Below, piece after piece: positions 12,822 through 25,225 of a stretch of 42,087 nt of DNA. The DNA lies in NCBI RefSeq assembly GCF_006345805.1, contig NW_021835159.1, positions 1 to 42,087 on the forward strand. Reading direction: 5' to 3'. The DNA comes from Octopus sinensis (Eukaryota). Position 1 is the first letter of the stretch, and the number at the start of each line of letters is the position of its first letter. The position numbers were made by a program, and so were the translations under genes. The notes under the pieces were generated by a model. It made no database searches. It was not told where the DNA came from and was given only the letters and a program-made list of their open reading frames with translations.

Positions 12822-13083
12822 ATAATACATTATACATATATAACACGCAGAGATATAAATACTATACATACACCCATACATATATAAAACATACATAGAA
12901 ACGCATGCAAACGACATATCTCAATATGGATTCACGAAGTATTTAATGAAACTAAGTTTGGAAAATATATTGGTTATAAACCTGTATAGTTCTCATCAAG
13001 AAATAAACGGAAAGATAAAGTAAGAATCAGATGCAGAGATTTAAACATATTTTTATGAAATATTTTATAGATTTATATCATAG

Positions 13084-13218
13084 TTTGTTGAGAAAAGGCG
13101 TCTGTATATCCAGCAGAACATCCATCTGAGCATTTTCCAGTTATTCTGTCGCAGTTTTCGTCGTCGATACAATGACATGTCCCTCAACAATTGCTACCAA
13201 ATCTACCAGCTTCACATT
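13084..13218 (-). pseudogene. EGF cassette 1, exon B: inactivated pseudo-exon
   Basis: 135 nt, homologous to other B exons; AGA>TGA stop (CEAGRFGSNC*GTCHC), donor GT>CT at 13082-13083, last Cys>Ser (GYTDAFSQQ). Confidence 0.9.
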
Positions 13219-13478
13219 CTGAAAATATTAATATAAAATACAACAGATTAGATATTATTAGCTCCACACAATAAAAGTTATGGCTGTAAGAGCTCTCTTC
13301 TACAAATATATGTGAGATATCAAAGACACGCCTTTTTATTATCTTATCTTAAAGCATAACTCATGAGTTAACATTGAAGTAGTTTTTGATGATAAATAAG
13401 AAAGTTGTTTACGCTAAGAAACATTAAATCAAATGTAGAGAATTTTAAAATGTTGGAATAAAAGGTGTTGCAAATAAC

Positions 13479-13607
13479 CTTTTTGGCAGTTGTACCCGGT
13501 GTATCCTGCTTCACACACTCCTGGACATAATCCATGTATGTGGTTACATGTTTCGGAACAATGACAGAACTTTGTACATTCGGGACCAAATCTGCCGCTG
13601 AGACATT
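13479..13607 (-). CDS. EGF cassette 1, exon A (laminin-type/MEGF-like EGF module)
   Basis: 129 nt, phase 1-1, tttcag acceptor and GT donor; CLSGRFGPECTKFCHCSETCNHIHGLCPGVCEAGYTGYNCQK, 8 Cys. Confidence 0.85.
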
Positions 13608-13954
13608 CTGAAATAATAAAATAAAAACGTTGGCTATGAATTGCTATTATAAGAGAGTTTTATGGTATCTTATAGATGACTCAGTATGCCAGATATTGTT
13701 ATATATTTTAGCATTACAGACACTAGATAGAGATGAGTATATACTTGATTCCTCATTGTATTTCAACGTGGATCAATGAAATGTAACCACAGAGAATAAG
13801 ATGAAAGTATTCGCTTAAAATAAAATCCGATGAAATATCAAATATAGATAATTATAAAGAATCACGAGCAGACAAACGACTTCTTTCAGCAACTTTTGCA
13901 TACGTCGCCTCCCTATATCAGAAATGGTGTTCAATGGTGATAGATTTATTAATG

Positions 13955-14110
13955 AATGAAAGTTTGGTAAGAAGCTTGCTTTCCAAACATATGGATCCGG
14001 GTTCAGTCCCACTGCATAGCACCTTGTGCATCTGTATTCTATTATAGCGTCAGGCAGCCCAAAGCCTTCTTAGTGGATTTGGTAGGCGGAAACTGAATGA
14101 AGGCAGTCGT
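13955..14110 (+). mobile_element. tRNA-derived SINE, uninterrupted paralogue of the site split at 25225/26436
   Basis: tttggtaagaagcttgctttcc...gggttcagtcccactg...ccaaagcctt...ggcggaaactgaa. Confidence 0.75.
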
Positions 14111-14133
14111 ATGCATATATACACACACACACA

Positions 14134-14187
<54 letters not shown>

Positions 14188-14616
14188 TATGTATATATAT
14201 TCATATATATATATGTGTGTGTATGTGTGTGCATGTGTGCGTGTGTGTATTTTAGTGTATAAGTATGTACGTCATGCACACATGAGTATGTGTAGATATA
14301 TGTATGTATTGTTTAAAAAGTATATAAAAAATAATAAAAAAGTAATAAATAGAATATAAGGCAAGTTTGAATTTTAACCATTGCCATTGAAAACTGTGTC
14401 ATATATATGTATATATATATATATGTATATGTATGTGTATGTGCGTATGTATGTATGAATATATGCGTATATATATATATAAGTATATATATGCGTGTGT
14501 GTGTATATGTATGTGTATATATGTGTGTAGAGATGGATAAGTGTATGTGTGTATACTTTAAGATTATACGTATGAGAGTATGTGTAAGTGTCTATATGAT
14601 TGTGTGTACTTGTATA

Positions 14617-15855
14617 CGAGGGGCGTTCAATAAGTAATGCCCCTGACCCACTTGCAGTTGTTTGATCTAGCTGAAATTAAGTGACGAATTACAGCTCTGA
14701 ACTAATTGTGTGTTTCTGATTTACAGGTGTTGAACTGTGTTTGAACTGTGCAAGTGTGGAGCCTGTTGAGTGTCGAGCAGTGATCTGGTTTTTGTATTTG
14801 AAAGGACGCACACCACGGGAGACTTTTGATGAAATGAAAGTAACTTATGGTGATGATGCCGCATCATATGACTTGTAAAACGCTGGCATTGTGAATTCAA
14901 ACATAGTCGGAACTCTGTGGAAACAGCTCCCAGATCTGGTCGCCCCCTTCTGCCGTTGATGAGACGTCTGTCCGTCAAGTTGAGGCTGCCATTTTGGAAG
15001 GTCAACGCATAACTATTCGCCAAATAGGCCATAAGGTCAAGATTAGTACCGGGTCTGTGGAAACTATCATTCATGACCATTTGCATATGCAAAAGGTGTC
15101 TACCAGATGGATTTCCAGGTTGCTCACACCTTTCCAGAAGCAAGAACGCGTTGAGTGCTCGAGGATGAATTTGGAGATGTGCCAAGAAGATGAGTCAAAA
15201 TTTTTCAAAAGACTGATCACACAGGATAAAACCGGGTCCATCACTATGATCCATAGATCAAAGCCCAGTCAATGCAGTGAAAGCACCGTGACTCACCTCC
15301 TCCAAGAAGGCAAGGGTGCAGCCCTCCGCTGACAAGGTTATGCTCACAGTCTTCTGGGACCAGGACGGAGTAGTGATGACAGATTTCCTGGCAAAGGGTA
15401 CCACAATTACAGGAGCCTATTATGCTTCACTTTTGAGGAAATTAAGAGAAGCTATCAAAATCAAGAGGCGGGGCAAGATCAGCAAAGGCATCCTCCTCCT
15501 GCAGGACAACGCTCCGGTCCACAACTCGCGTGTCGCCAGATCAGAAGCACAGGCGTGCAGCTATGAACTCCTACCCTTGCACCCTCTAATTTTCACCTCT
15601 TCCCAGCCATGAAGTTGATTTTGAAAGGAAAGCGTTTCCCAGATGATGCAGCCTTGATTTCTGAAGTCACGTCGTGGTTGGAGGACCAAGCTGGGGTCTT
15701 CTACAAAAACGGTCTCCAGAGTTGTATCAAACGATGGGAGAAATGCATAACTCTGGGTAGTTCCTATGTAGGAAAAGACTAATAACTGTGCCAAGTGTCG
15801 TTGCTCTACTGCTATGGGAAGTGGGTCAGGGGCATTACTTATTGAACGCCCCTCG
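14617..15855 (+). mobile_element. Full-length but decayed mariner element (DD34D-type)
   Basis: Perfect 37-bp TIRs (cgaggggcgttcaataagtaatgcccctgacccactt), TA on both sides; transposase fragments KVSTRWISRLLT, ITQDKT, LLQDNAPVHNS; frameshifts and YSPDL region deleted. Confidence 0.95.
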
Positions 15856-16234
15856 TATATGTATAAGGTTATATTTGCATGTATGTATCTAAGATGTTGT
15901 AGCCATTCCCCGTTAGACGTTGGTAAGAGGGACAAACGCACGCGCACGCACACACGCACACGCACATATATATATGTGTGTGTGTCTATATAAATATATA
16001 CGTATGTACAAATACAACCTTCAACAAGGTAACAGTCATGTATATAACTCGAACAGACGCATATCACTACATGAACATACATTCACATGTACATACATAT
16101 GTACACACACACAGACATGTCTACACTCTCCTAAATACACAAATACATACGTAAGTACATAAGAACATACATACATGCGTATAGGCATGCACATATGCAT
16201 ACGCACATACATGTACACACATACATACATACGC

Positions 16235-16267
<33 letters not shown>

Positions 16268-16285
16268 CATACATACACACACACA

Positions 16286-16329
<44 letters not shown>

Positions 16330-16568
16330 TACGTACATATATATCATGAACTGACTGTTACTTTCTCAGATGCAGCACGGAGTTTTGTCAGTGAACAGGT
16401 CGCGGTCTCAAAGCAACGAAAATATTTTCACAAATCAATTTTAAATGTTTAAGTGAATCTAACGGGTTTTGTGTATTTCTTTAATGGCTTATAAGCACTT
16501 CTACGCTGCGATTGTTTACACACACACACAACACACAACACACACACACACCACACACACACACACAC

Positions 16569-16643
<75 letters not shown>

Positions 16644-16654
16644 GTGTGTGTGTG

Positions 16655-16861
16655 TTATTTTTTTCCTTGGGGCTGGCCAGATTGGAGGTATCTCGAGTAT
16701 AACCTGCCGAAATTACAAAGATAATCTGAAACACGACTGAGGGAAAAAAACTCCGAATGACCCGTCTTTGTTTTCTTTGTATAATCTATTTGGATACTTT
16801 GTTGTCCCTTTTTTGTATCACCTAACAGTCTGGTTGTTTTGCGTTCTTGTCCCATTTTGTA

Positions 16862-16900
<39 letters not shown>

Positions 16901-16936
16901 CATACATATAATACAAGATGGGACAAGAACGCAAAA
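16655..16936 (+). repeat. Probable Penelope pLTR relic with 27-bp inverted repeat around a (TA)n tract
   Basis: 16837-16863 and 16910-16936 are reverse complements (26/27); degenerate hammerhead-like ctga.gg(a)7ctccgaa...gtc at 16737-16766. Family assignment is inference. Confidence 0.45.
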
Positions 16937-17348
16937 ATTAGATCCTGTCATGCCTTACTACACAATTCATCTAACGGTGATTTTTCTGTCTATCTTGCAA
17001 CTGTGGTACTACTCGCTCAGGTGATGTGATATTTATTCCCAATTTTTCATATGGTATGGCAACAACGGTCACTTAGGAGTGCATCCTCCTCCCGTACCTT
17101 CCGTCAACCCTCCCTCCCTCACCTCTCCCTAATCCCTCCTTTATTCACCATCACCCCTCCTCATCTTCTTTGACCTATTTCACTTCGCCTGCAACAAACT
17201 GATATTCGTATCAAATTCCTTCTTTGAACATCTATGAAACTGCTGACACACAAAAGTGCAGTTGAATTAATCGCACTTTATATCTTAAAGGTACGCCATC
17301 AACATCACTCTCTCCCTCTCTCTTTCTCTCTCTCTCTCTCTCTTTCTT

Positions 17349-17388
<40 letters not shown>

Positions 17389-17720
17389 ACCAGCGGATGA
17401 AGCCATGTAATCACATCTTCAGCAAGATACCTATTCCTGTCTCTCTACCATACTTTTATATGCCTCAATACCGTACCCCATTTTGCTGAAGGTTCTTGCC
17501 TTGGAAAACTTGGTGACATCACTAGTGCTGGTGCAACGACAAAAGCGCTCTGTGCACACTGTAAAGTGTTTCATGTTAATAAGAGCATCCTGCTACAGAA
17601 ACCCTGCCAAAGCAGACACAATAGCTTGGCGCAGTCCTCTGCTCTCGTTGGGACACTAAGAACCTCACAACGGCTACCAACATACAGAACGGATGTCAAA
17701 TGGTGATGATGATGATGAAC
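16937..17720 (+). mobile_element. RTE LINE 3' UTR with (CT)n and (GAT)n tail
   Basis: Patchy match to reverse of 6205-6930; ends ggatgtcaaatggtgatgatgatgatg. Confidence 0.65.
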
Positions 17721-17836
17721 CTAGTCTCATTGAAATGACGTTTTTAACATGGATATTATAGCCTACCCGTTAGTTCAATCGATTTCTGTGTCTTTTCAGG
17801 TCTTCTCATCTACCTTATATATATGATGTACATATA

Positions 17837-19075
17837 CAGAGGTTGGACAAAATAATGCAAACGCCAAGCATCATAGTATCAAAATTTTGAAATATCTATA
17901 AAAACCATCAAAATTTATTTTTATATATATATTCTGATTTATTATTTTTCTCGCATAATATATTTTGCTAAAATTGCTGTTTCTTTTCAGTTACCATTAG
18001 AAAAAGGTAATTGAAATTCATTAAAATATCAGATCTATTGGACTTTCAAAGAGGTCAAATTGTTGGTGCTCATATGAGAGGTGCTAGCGTAACGAAAACA
18101 GCCGAAATATTTGGTTTATCAAGAAGTACTGTCCTGGAAAATAATGCAGCCTTTGACAAAGCGGGAAAAACCTCCTCTTCGAAATAAAACTCTGGAGGAG
18201 AACCAAAATTAGGGACTCTTCCGTGAATTGTTAGAATGGATCACAAAAGTACAGTTCCCCAAATTCCTGCAGAGCTTAAGGACCACCTTGAGAACCCTGT
18301 TTCCACAAAAAACTGTTCGCCGGAACTGCACAAAAACGGATTTCACGGGAAGGCTACAATCAGAAAACCACTACTTTCAAGAGAAACGTCGCAATGCGTT
18401 TAGAGTGGCGTAAAAACCTAGAGAATTGGTGCCTAGAGCATCCTTTACTTAATTTCCAACGAGCAGTCGAGTATACTAGTGGAGAGAGCAAAAAGAATCA
18501 GGAAGCATTTGACCCAGACTGTCTTCTTCCAACTGTTAAATATGGAGGAGGATCTGTGATGATCTGGGTTGGGGATGCATCTCTGAAATTCTCCGGCCCA
18601 ATTGTTTCCCTTCATGGCAGAATTAATAGTGAAGGCAAATTTAAGCATCTTATCTCATCAAATTCATCCTATGGTTGCGGAACTGTTTCCTGGGAGAAAC
18701 ACAATCTTTCAGGATGATAAAGCACCAATTCAAACAGCTAAAGTTGTTACAGAATGGCAGGACAACATTCTTGTGAAGTTGAACAGTTCATCGATTCACC
18801 ACAGCCTCCAGATCTCAATATATTTTAGTTTTTATTGTTCATTGTATACAAACATATAAAGAGTCGATATCCTCCACCATAACAGCATCAACACTGCACG
18901 CAATGGAGACTTTTATAGCTGAGGAATGGAGAAAATTTCCTTTCGAAAAAATTCAAACTTTGTAGGAGTCCATACCCAGTAGAATTGAAGCTGTAATTAC
19001 TACCAAAGGCCTGGCTGATATTGCGATAATTTGTTTACAATTTCAAGGTGTTTCCATTATTTTGTCCAACCTCTG
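17837..19075 (+). mobile_element. Near full-length decayed Tc1-family transposon (beside cassette 2)
   Basis: TIRs cagaggttggacaaaataatg(c/g)aaac, TA flanks; N-terminal ISDLLDFQRGQIVGAHMRGASVTKTAEIFGLSRSTV (ATG>ATA), PTVKYGGGSVMIW, FQDDKAPIQTAK; frameshifts. Confidence 0.95.
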
Positions 19076-19115
19076 TATTTATGTATACATACAAACACAC
19101 ACTCACACACACACG

Positions 19116-19149
<34 letters not shown>

Positions 19150-19551
19150 CACACATTTATGTATATATATATATACATGTGTATATATGTATATAAATAC
19201 AAATACATATATATATGTACATATATATATATTTATTATATATATGTATATATATGTTATATATATATATGCATAAATACATGTATATATATACATAAAA
19301 ACATGTATATATATATATATATATACTTATAAATACATATACAGACATACATACATATGTAAAGCATACATAGAAACGCATGAAACCCACATATCTCAAT
19401 ATGAATTCACGAAGTATTTAATGAAACTAAGTTTGGAAAGTATATTGGTTATAAACCTGAATCGTCCCCGATAAAAGGAAAGATAAAGTAAGAATCAGAT
19501 GCAGAGATTAAAACATATCTTTATGAAATATGTTATAGTTTTATATCATAC

Positions 19552-19686
19552 TTTGATGACAAAAGTCGCCTGTATATCCAGCAGAACATCCATCTGAGCA
19601 TTTTCCAGTTATTCTGTCGCAGTTTTCGTCGTCGATACAATGACATGTTCTTCTACAATTGCTACCAAATCTACCAACTTCACATT
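19552..19686 (-). CDS. EGF cassette 2, exon B
   Basis: 135 nt, phase 1-1, AG/GTATGA; CEVGRFGSNCRRTCHCIDDENCDRITGKCSDGCSAGYTGDFCHQ. Confidence 0.9.
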
Positions 19687-19947
19687 CTGAAAATATTAAT
19701 ATAAAATACAACAGATTAGATATTATTAGACCCACACAATAAAAGTTATGGCTGTAAGAGTTCTCTTCTACAAATATATGTGAGATATCAAAGACATGCT
19801 TTTTTATTACCTTATCTTAAAGCATAACTCATGAGTTAACATTGAAGTAGTCTTTGATAACAAATAATAAAGGTGATTTACGCTAAGAAACACTAAATCA
19901 AATGTAGAGAATTTTAAAATGTTGGAATAAAAGGTGTTGGAAATAAC

Positions 19948-20076
19948 CTTCTTGGCAGTTGTACCCGGTGTATCCTTCATCACACACTCCTGGACATAGT
20001 CCATTTATGTGGTTACATGTTTCGGAACAATGACAGGACTTTGTGCAATTGCGACCAAATCTACCGCTGAGACATT
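19948..20076 (-). CDS. EGF cassette 2, exon A
   Basis: 129 nt, phase 1-1; CLSGRFGRNCTKSCHCSETCNHINGLCPGVCDEGYTGYNCQE. Confidence 0.9.
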
Positions 20077-20213
20077 CTGAAATAATAAAATAAAAACGTT
20101 GGGTATGAATTGCTATTATAAGAGTTTTATGGTATCTTATAGATGACTCAGTATCCAAGATATTGTAATTTCCTTTAGCGTTAAAACACCAGATAGAGAT
20201 GAATATATACTTG

Positions 20214-21854
20214 ACTACCAGTGATACTCGGCGTTGCCCGTGTTGCATTCAATTGAAGAATCTGTCTTTTCTCTTATAATTTCTGTAATGAACTGGAATA
20301 TTTATGTTTCGAAATGCAGATGAGGGTTATTTGCCTCTTTACACACCCTAAAAAAATTGTATTCCTGCCACATGTATCCCATATTACTGATTTTTATGCG
20401 CATATTCTAAAATTCCAGTCTTATTGGATTTTGCTCCTGAAAAATGAACTTCATGGAGCTCTAAAATGTGAGAGTTAAGGCCCCTGTTGGGGGTGGGTGT
20501 CTTGATGTCAAGCAGAGAAGTTGCATTGTTGAGAATCTTTTTAACTTGTGTCTTATATCTATTGTTTGAATTTCTTTGAAATTGGAAATATATGTTCACT
20601 GGGTTTGTAAAAGAGAGCAAAGCTACAGGAAACCGAAAGACGAATGATCACAATGAGCAGTCAGCTACAGTACCCTAGTCGTTACCACTCCTAATGTAGG
20701 ATTCCTCACAATCCAGGTGACAGGCACAGCCCTAAGATGCATTACGAATCTATCGCAACTGGAAGAGCGTGACCCAACTGAAATAAACATTAACAACTGT
20801 GTGACGTGAGTGCTAAGGAGAAATGAAAGTTGGAGTTTGCAAATGACCACTATAGTGATACGTAACTGGACAGAATAAATTTAGAATCTATAAATGGCTT
20901 TGAATAACCAGTCACTCATCTTAGAGGGCCTTGAAATCAATATTACCATTTGGGGACTATTTGTCCCAGTGATAATAAAAAGACTGAAAGGAGGTCTGCA
21001 ATCAAATAACTTTACTCAATACTTTGCAACTGAATCAGTGGAAACAAAGATGCCTTTCGCTTACTTGACAATTTATGCAGCACATTGCAGAAATCACAAT
21101 CTAAGTGTATGTCAAAGCAAACTCTTACACTGTTGTACCATTGAATTACAAATAACGCTCATCTTTTATGCTCGGCTAACCCTACAGCTTCCAAGAGTAC
21201 AACGACATTCGTCTTTGCTTAGATAAAATGACAAAATCGTGGGTGTTAAATCCCCATGGATGGGTCTTTCTAACTTGTAAGAAGATAAATTTTATAAATA
21301 TTACTTCATTTGTGTCTAATATCTATGGTTAAAATTTCATCAACAGCAAAAATACATGAATTGTCATTGGGGTTATAGCCCTTATGCATAGAATATAATT
21401 TCCAAATTTCGTAAAGATCCATTCAGTACTTTTGACTTAGTTTTGGATCATAAAAGAAATGACTAAGATTTAGGAGTTAAGGCCCCCATTAGGGTGTCTT
21501 AGAATCCTCATATGAAGAGGAAACTTTCAGAATACTTCTTGATATGTGTCAATTACCCATGGTTGAAATTTCCTCATCATCGAAAATTTATGAATTTTCG
21601 CAGGTGTTCTGCCCCCTTTAAACCATCTGAAATTCAAACCAAACATATTGCATTATACCCGCCCTTATGCATTGAATCTAAGTTTCAAATATTATAAGGA
21701 CCCATACAGTAATTTTGGTCCATGAAATTACAGCATTACCCTTCTCCCTAGGTTTGGATTTTGTGTTCCAAATTACATTATGATCGGTGCAGCAGTTTTC
21801 GAATGTATAAGAAATACACGAACACATATAGACATTGACTTTGATATAATAGAT
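20214..21854 (+). mobile_element. Putative non-autonomous Helitron/Helentron (HINE/Lep1/DINE-1-like) element
   Basis: Interrupts the shared cassette flank at tacttga|; 5' actaccagtgatactcggcgttgcccg and 3' ccaaattacattatgatcgg...cagttttcg...tataatagat resemble termini of this class from memory. No coding capacity. Confidence 0.4.
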
Positions 21855-21899
21855 ATGAATGTGCACATATACATACATGTATACATACATATATATTTG

Positions 21900-22060
21900 A
21901 TTGATTTCTTTCAGTTTCTGTCTACATAATCCACTGGCAAGGCTTTGGTTGGTCTGAGGCTATAGAAGACAGATGCCAAGTCACCACAGTGGGACTGAAC
22001 CTAGGACCATGTGTTTTGGAACGAAGTTTGTTACCACACAGCCACACCTGCACCTATGTA
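21900..22060 (-). mobile_element. tRNA-derived SINE
   Basis: Reverse complement reads ggtgtggctgtgtggtaac...ggttcagtcccactg...ccaaagccttgccagtggatt...gaaactgaaagaa. Confidence 0.8.
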
Positions 22061-22110
22061 TGTGTGTGTCTTTATGTGTGTATGGGTATATATATGTATG
22101 CCTGTATATA

Positions 22111-22961
22111 AAAGTACAGTTCCCCAAATTCCTGCAGAGCTTAAGGACCAACCTTGAGAACCCTGTTTCCACAAAAAACTGTTTGCCGGAACTGCACAAA
22201 ACCGCATTTCACGGGAGGGCTACCACTACTTTCAGAAAACCACTACTTTCAAGAAAATCGTCGCAATGCATTTAGAGTGGCGTGAAAACCTAGAGAATTG
22301 GTGCCCAGAGCATCCTTTTCCTAATTTCCGACAAGCGGTCGAGTATACGAGTGGAGAGAGCAAAAAGAAGCAGGAAGCATTTGACCCAGACTGCCTTCTT
22401 CCAACTGAACTGTTAAATATGGAGTGGGATCTGTGATGATCTGGGGTGGGGATGCATCTCTGAAATTCTCCGGCCCAATTGTTTCCCTTCCTGGCAGAAT
22501 TAATAGTGAAGGCTATTTTATCTAATCATTTTATCTAATCAAAGTCGTCCTATGGTTGTGGAACTGTTTCCTGAGAGAAACGGAATCTTTCAGAATGATA
22601 AAGCACCAATTCACACAACTAAAGTTGTTACAGAATGGCAGGAAAAACATTCTAGTGATGTTGAAAAAGTCATCGGGTCACCACAGTCCCCAGATCTCAA
22701 TATTATTGAGCATTTATTGTGCATTTTATCAAAACGCATAAAGAGCCGATATCCTCCACCATATCGACACCAACACTACAAATGATGTAGACTTTTTTAC
22801 CAGATGAATGGAAGAAATTTTCTTTGGAAACAATTTTAACTTTGTACGAGTCCATACCTCATAGAATTAAAGATATAATTATTGCCAACGGCCGTCCTAC
22901 CATATATTAAGATAATTTGTTAAAAATTTCAAGGTGTTTCAATTATTTTGTCCAACGCCTG
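22111..22961 (+). mobile_element. Tc1 transposon, 5'-truncated (beside cassette 3)
   Basis: Matches 18247-19075; FQNDKAPIHTTK, SPQSPDLNIIEH; right TIR ends gtccaacgcctg|ta. Confidence 0.9.
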
Positions 22962-23016
22962 TATTTACGTATAACCACACACACGCACACACACGCACAC
23001 ACACACAGACACACAA

Positions 23017-23057
<41 letters not shown>

Positions 23058-23399
23058 CATGTGTGTGTGAGCTACATATATATCTGTATTACATAGATAT
23101 GTATGTATATACATATTATATACATACACACACACACATATATATATACATGTATATAAATATGTATATATATATATATATACAAATACATATATATATA
23201 TATATGCCTAAATATATATATGTATATATATATATATACATACACATATTATATATATATATACATATATATGTGTATATATATATATATATATATAATA
23301 TATATATATATCTATATATATATATATATATATATCAATATATTAGCTCCGCTTTATGCTAACGCTAAATGATATGATGATATATATATATATATATAT

Positions 23400-23990
23400 A
23401 TATTTTTGTATTTAGGAATGGTCATATTGCCAGTTTTGAGCCAATTTTGCTTCAGTGTTATTTATTTTTTACATTAATCTTAATCTTATTTCGGACAGAA
23501 TTCTTTCGTCACACTCCTGTGACCGCATCAAAGGTCCTTTGTTTTCTTCTTTCTTATTTGTGTCTCTCCTTACTAACCATCAGCCATTTTGTATTTCTAT
23601 TGTATGTCTTCATTTGCGCATGCTTATATCTCTATGTGCGTTTATGTTTATTTAGTGTGTGTATGTGGGGGGATGCCTGTAATATTTGTATCTTCTGTTT
23701 ATATATGTTCATGTAATTTGTATTTTGTTTTTGTTGTTTATTCTTATTTTGTTCATGTGTTTACATCCACTTATTATAATAATAAGTGGATGTAAACACA
23801 TGAACAAAATAAGAATAAACAAAAACATATATAAACAGAAGATACAAATATTACAGGCATCCCCCCACATACACACACTAAATAAACATAAACGCACATA
23901 GAGATATAAGCATGCGCAAATGAAGATATATAGTGCGTGTGTTTTTATTGGCTAAACTGGCAATATGACCATTCCTAAATACAACAATAT
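23400..23990. repeat. Large imperfect foldback between (TA)n tracts, copy 1
   Basis: Outer arms 23400-23445/23947-23990; inner hairpin 23607-23926 with ~100-bp perfect stem; apex at ~23778. Confidence 0.92.
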
Positions 23991-24012
23991 CTGTTTCAAC
24001 ACACGATTTCAC

Positions 24013-24064
<52 letters not shown>

Positions 24065-24328
24065 TATATTATATGTATATAGATAAATACATGTATAGGT
24101 ATATGTATAAATACATCCACATACATCCATACAACATACATAAAATCGCATGCAACCCACATATCTCAATATGGATTCACGAAGTATTTAATGAATGTTA
24201 GTTTGGCAAATATATTGGTTATAAACCTGTATAGTTCTCTTCAGGAAATAAACGGAAAGTTAGAGTAAGAATCAGATGCAGAGATTAAACCATAATGTTA
24301 TAAAATATGTTTTAGTTTTATATCATAC

Positions 24329-24463
24329 TTTGTTGACAAAAGTCGCCTGTATATCCAGCAGAACATCCATCTGAGCATTTTCCAGTTATTCTGTCGCAGC
24401 TTTCGTCGTCGATACAATGACATGTCCCTCTACAATTCCTACCAAATCTACTAACTTCACATT
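24329..24463 (-). CDS. EGF cassette 3, exon B
   Basis: 135 nt, phase 1-1; CEVSRFGRNCRGTCHCIDDESCDRITGKCSDGCSAGYTGDFCQQ. Confidence 0.9.
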
Positions 24464-24722
24464 CTGAAAATATTAATACAAAACACAATAGATTAGATAT
24501 TATTAGCTCCACACAATAAAAGTTATGGCTGTAGGAGCTCTCTTCTACAAATATATGTAAGATATCAAAGACACGCTTTTTTATTACCTTATCTTAAAGC
24601 ATAACTCATGAGTTAACATTGAAGTAGTTTTTGATGATAAATAGGAAAGTTGATTTACGCTAAGAAACTAAATGAAATGTAGAGAATTTTAAAATGTTGG
24701 AATAAAAGGTGTTGGAAATAAC

Positions 24723-24851
24723 CTTCTTGGCAGTTGTACCCGGTGTATCCTGCATCACACACTCCTGGACATAGTCCAATTATGTTGTTACATGTTTCTG
24801 AACAATGACAGGACTTTGTGCAATTGCGACCAAATCTACCGCTGAGACATT
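24723..24851 (-). CDS. EGF cassette 3, exon A
   Basis: 129 nt, phase 1-1; CLSGRFGRNCTKSCHCSETCNNIIGLCPGVCDAGYTGYNCQE (translated by hand; not in the ORF track). Confidence 0.9.
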
Positions 24852-25225
24852 CTGAAATAATAAAATAAAAACGTTAGCCATAAATTGCTATTATAAGAGT
24901 TTTATGATATAGTATGGATGACTTAATATGCTAGATATTGTTATATATTTTAGCATTACAGACCCTAGATAGAGATGAATATATACTTGATTCCTTATTG
25001 TATTTCCACGTGGATCAATGAAATGTCACTACAGATAATAAGATGAAAGGATTCGCGTAAAATAAAATTCCATGAATTATCAAATATAGATAATTATAAA
25101 GAATCACGAGCTGAACACGACTTCTTTCAGCAACTTTTTCATACGTCGCCCTCTGTATATCAGAAATGGTGTTCAATGGTGATAGATTTAATAATGAATG
25201 ACAGTTTGGTAAGTAGCTTGCTTCC

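Noticed and set aside
13368-13589. ORFs such as MVPNVQSSVIVPKH..., MDYVQECV..., MGLIISNLLYF... overlapping the EGF exons
   Set aside because: Alternative frames or intron read-through; the real units are bounded by AG/GT in the Cys-rich frame.
14617-19075. Mariner and Tc1 elements both measure 1239 bp
   Set aside because: Unrelated TIRs and transposases; both are near the usual size for the superfamily, so coincidence.
20894-21226. 110-aa ORF inside the Helitron-like element as a captured gene
   Set aside because: No recognisable motif, starts differently in the second copy, and length is within chance expectation.
23493-23537. Functional hammerhead on the minus strand
   Set aside because: Core reads UUGAUGCG rather than CUGANGA and the cleavage position would be G; kept only as a possible relic.
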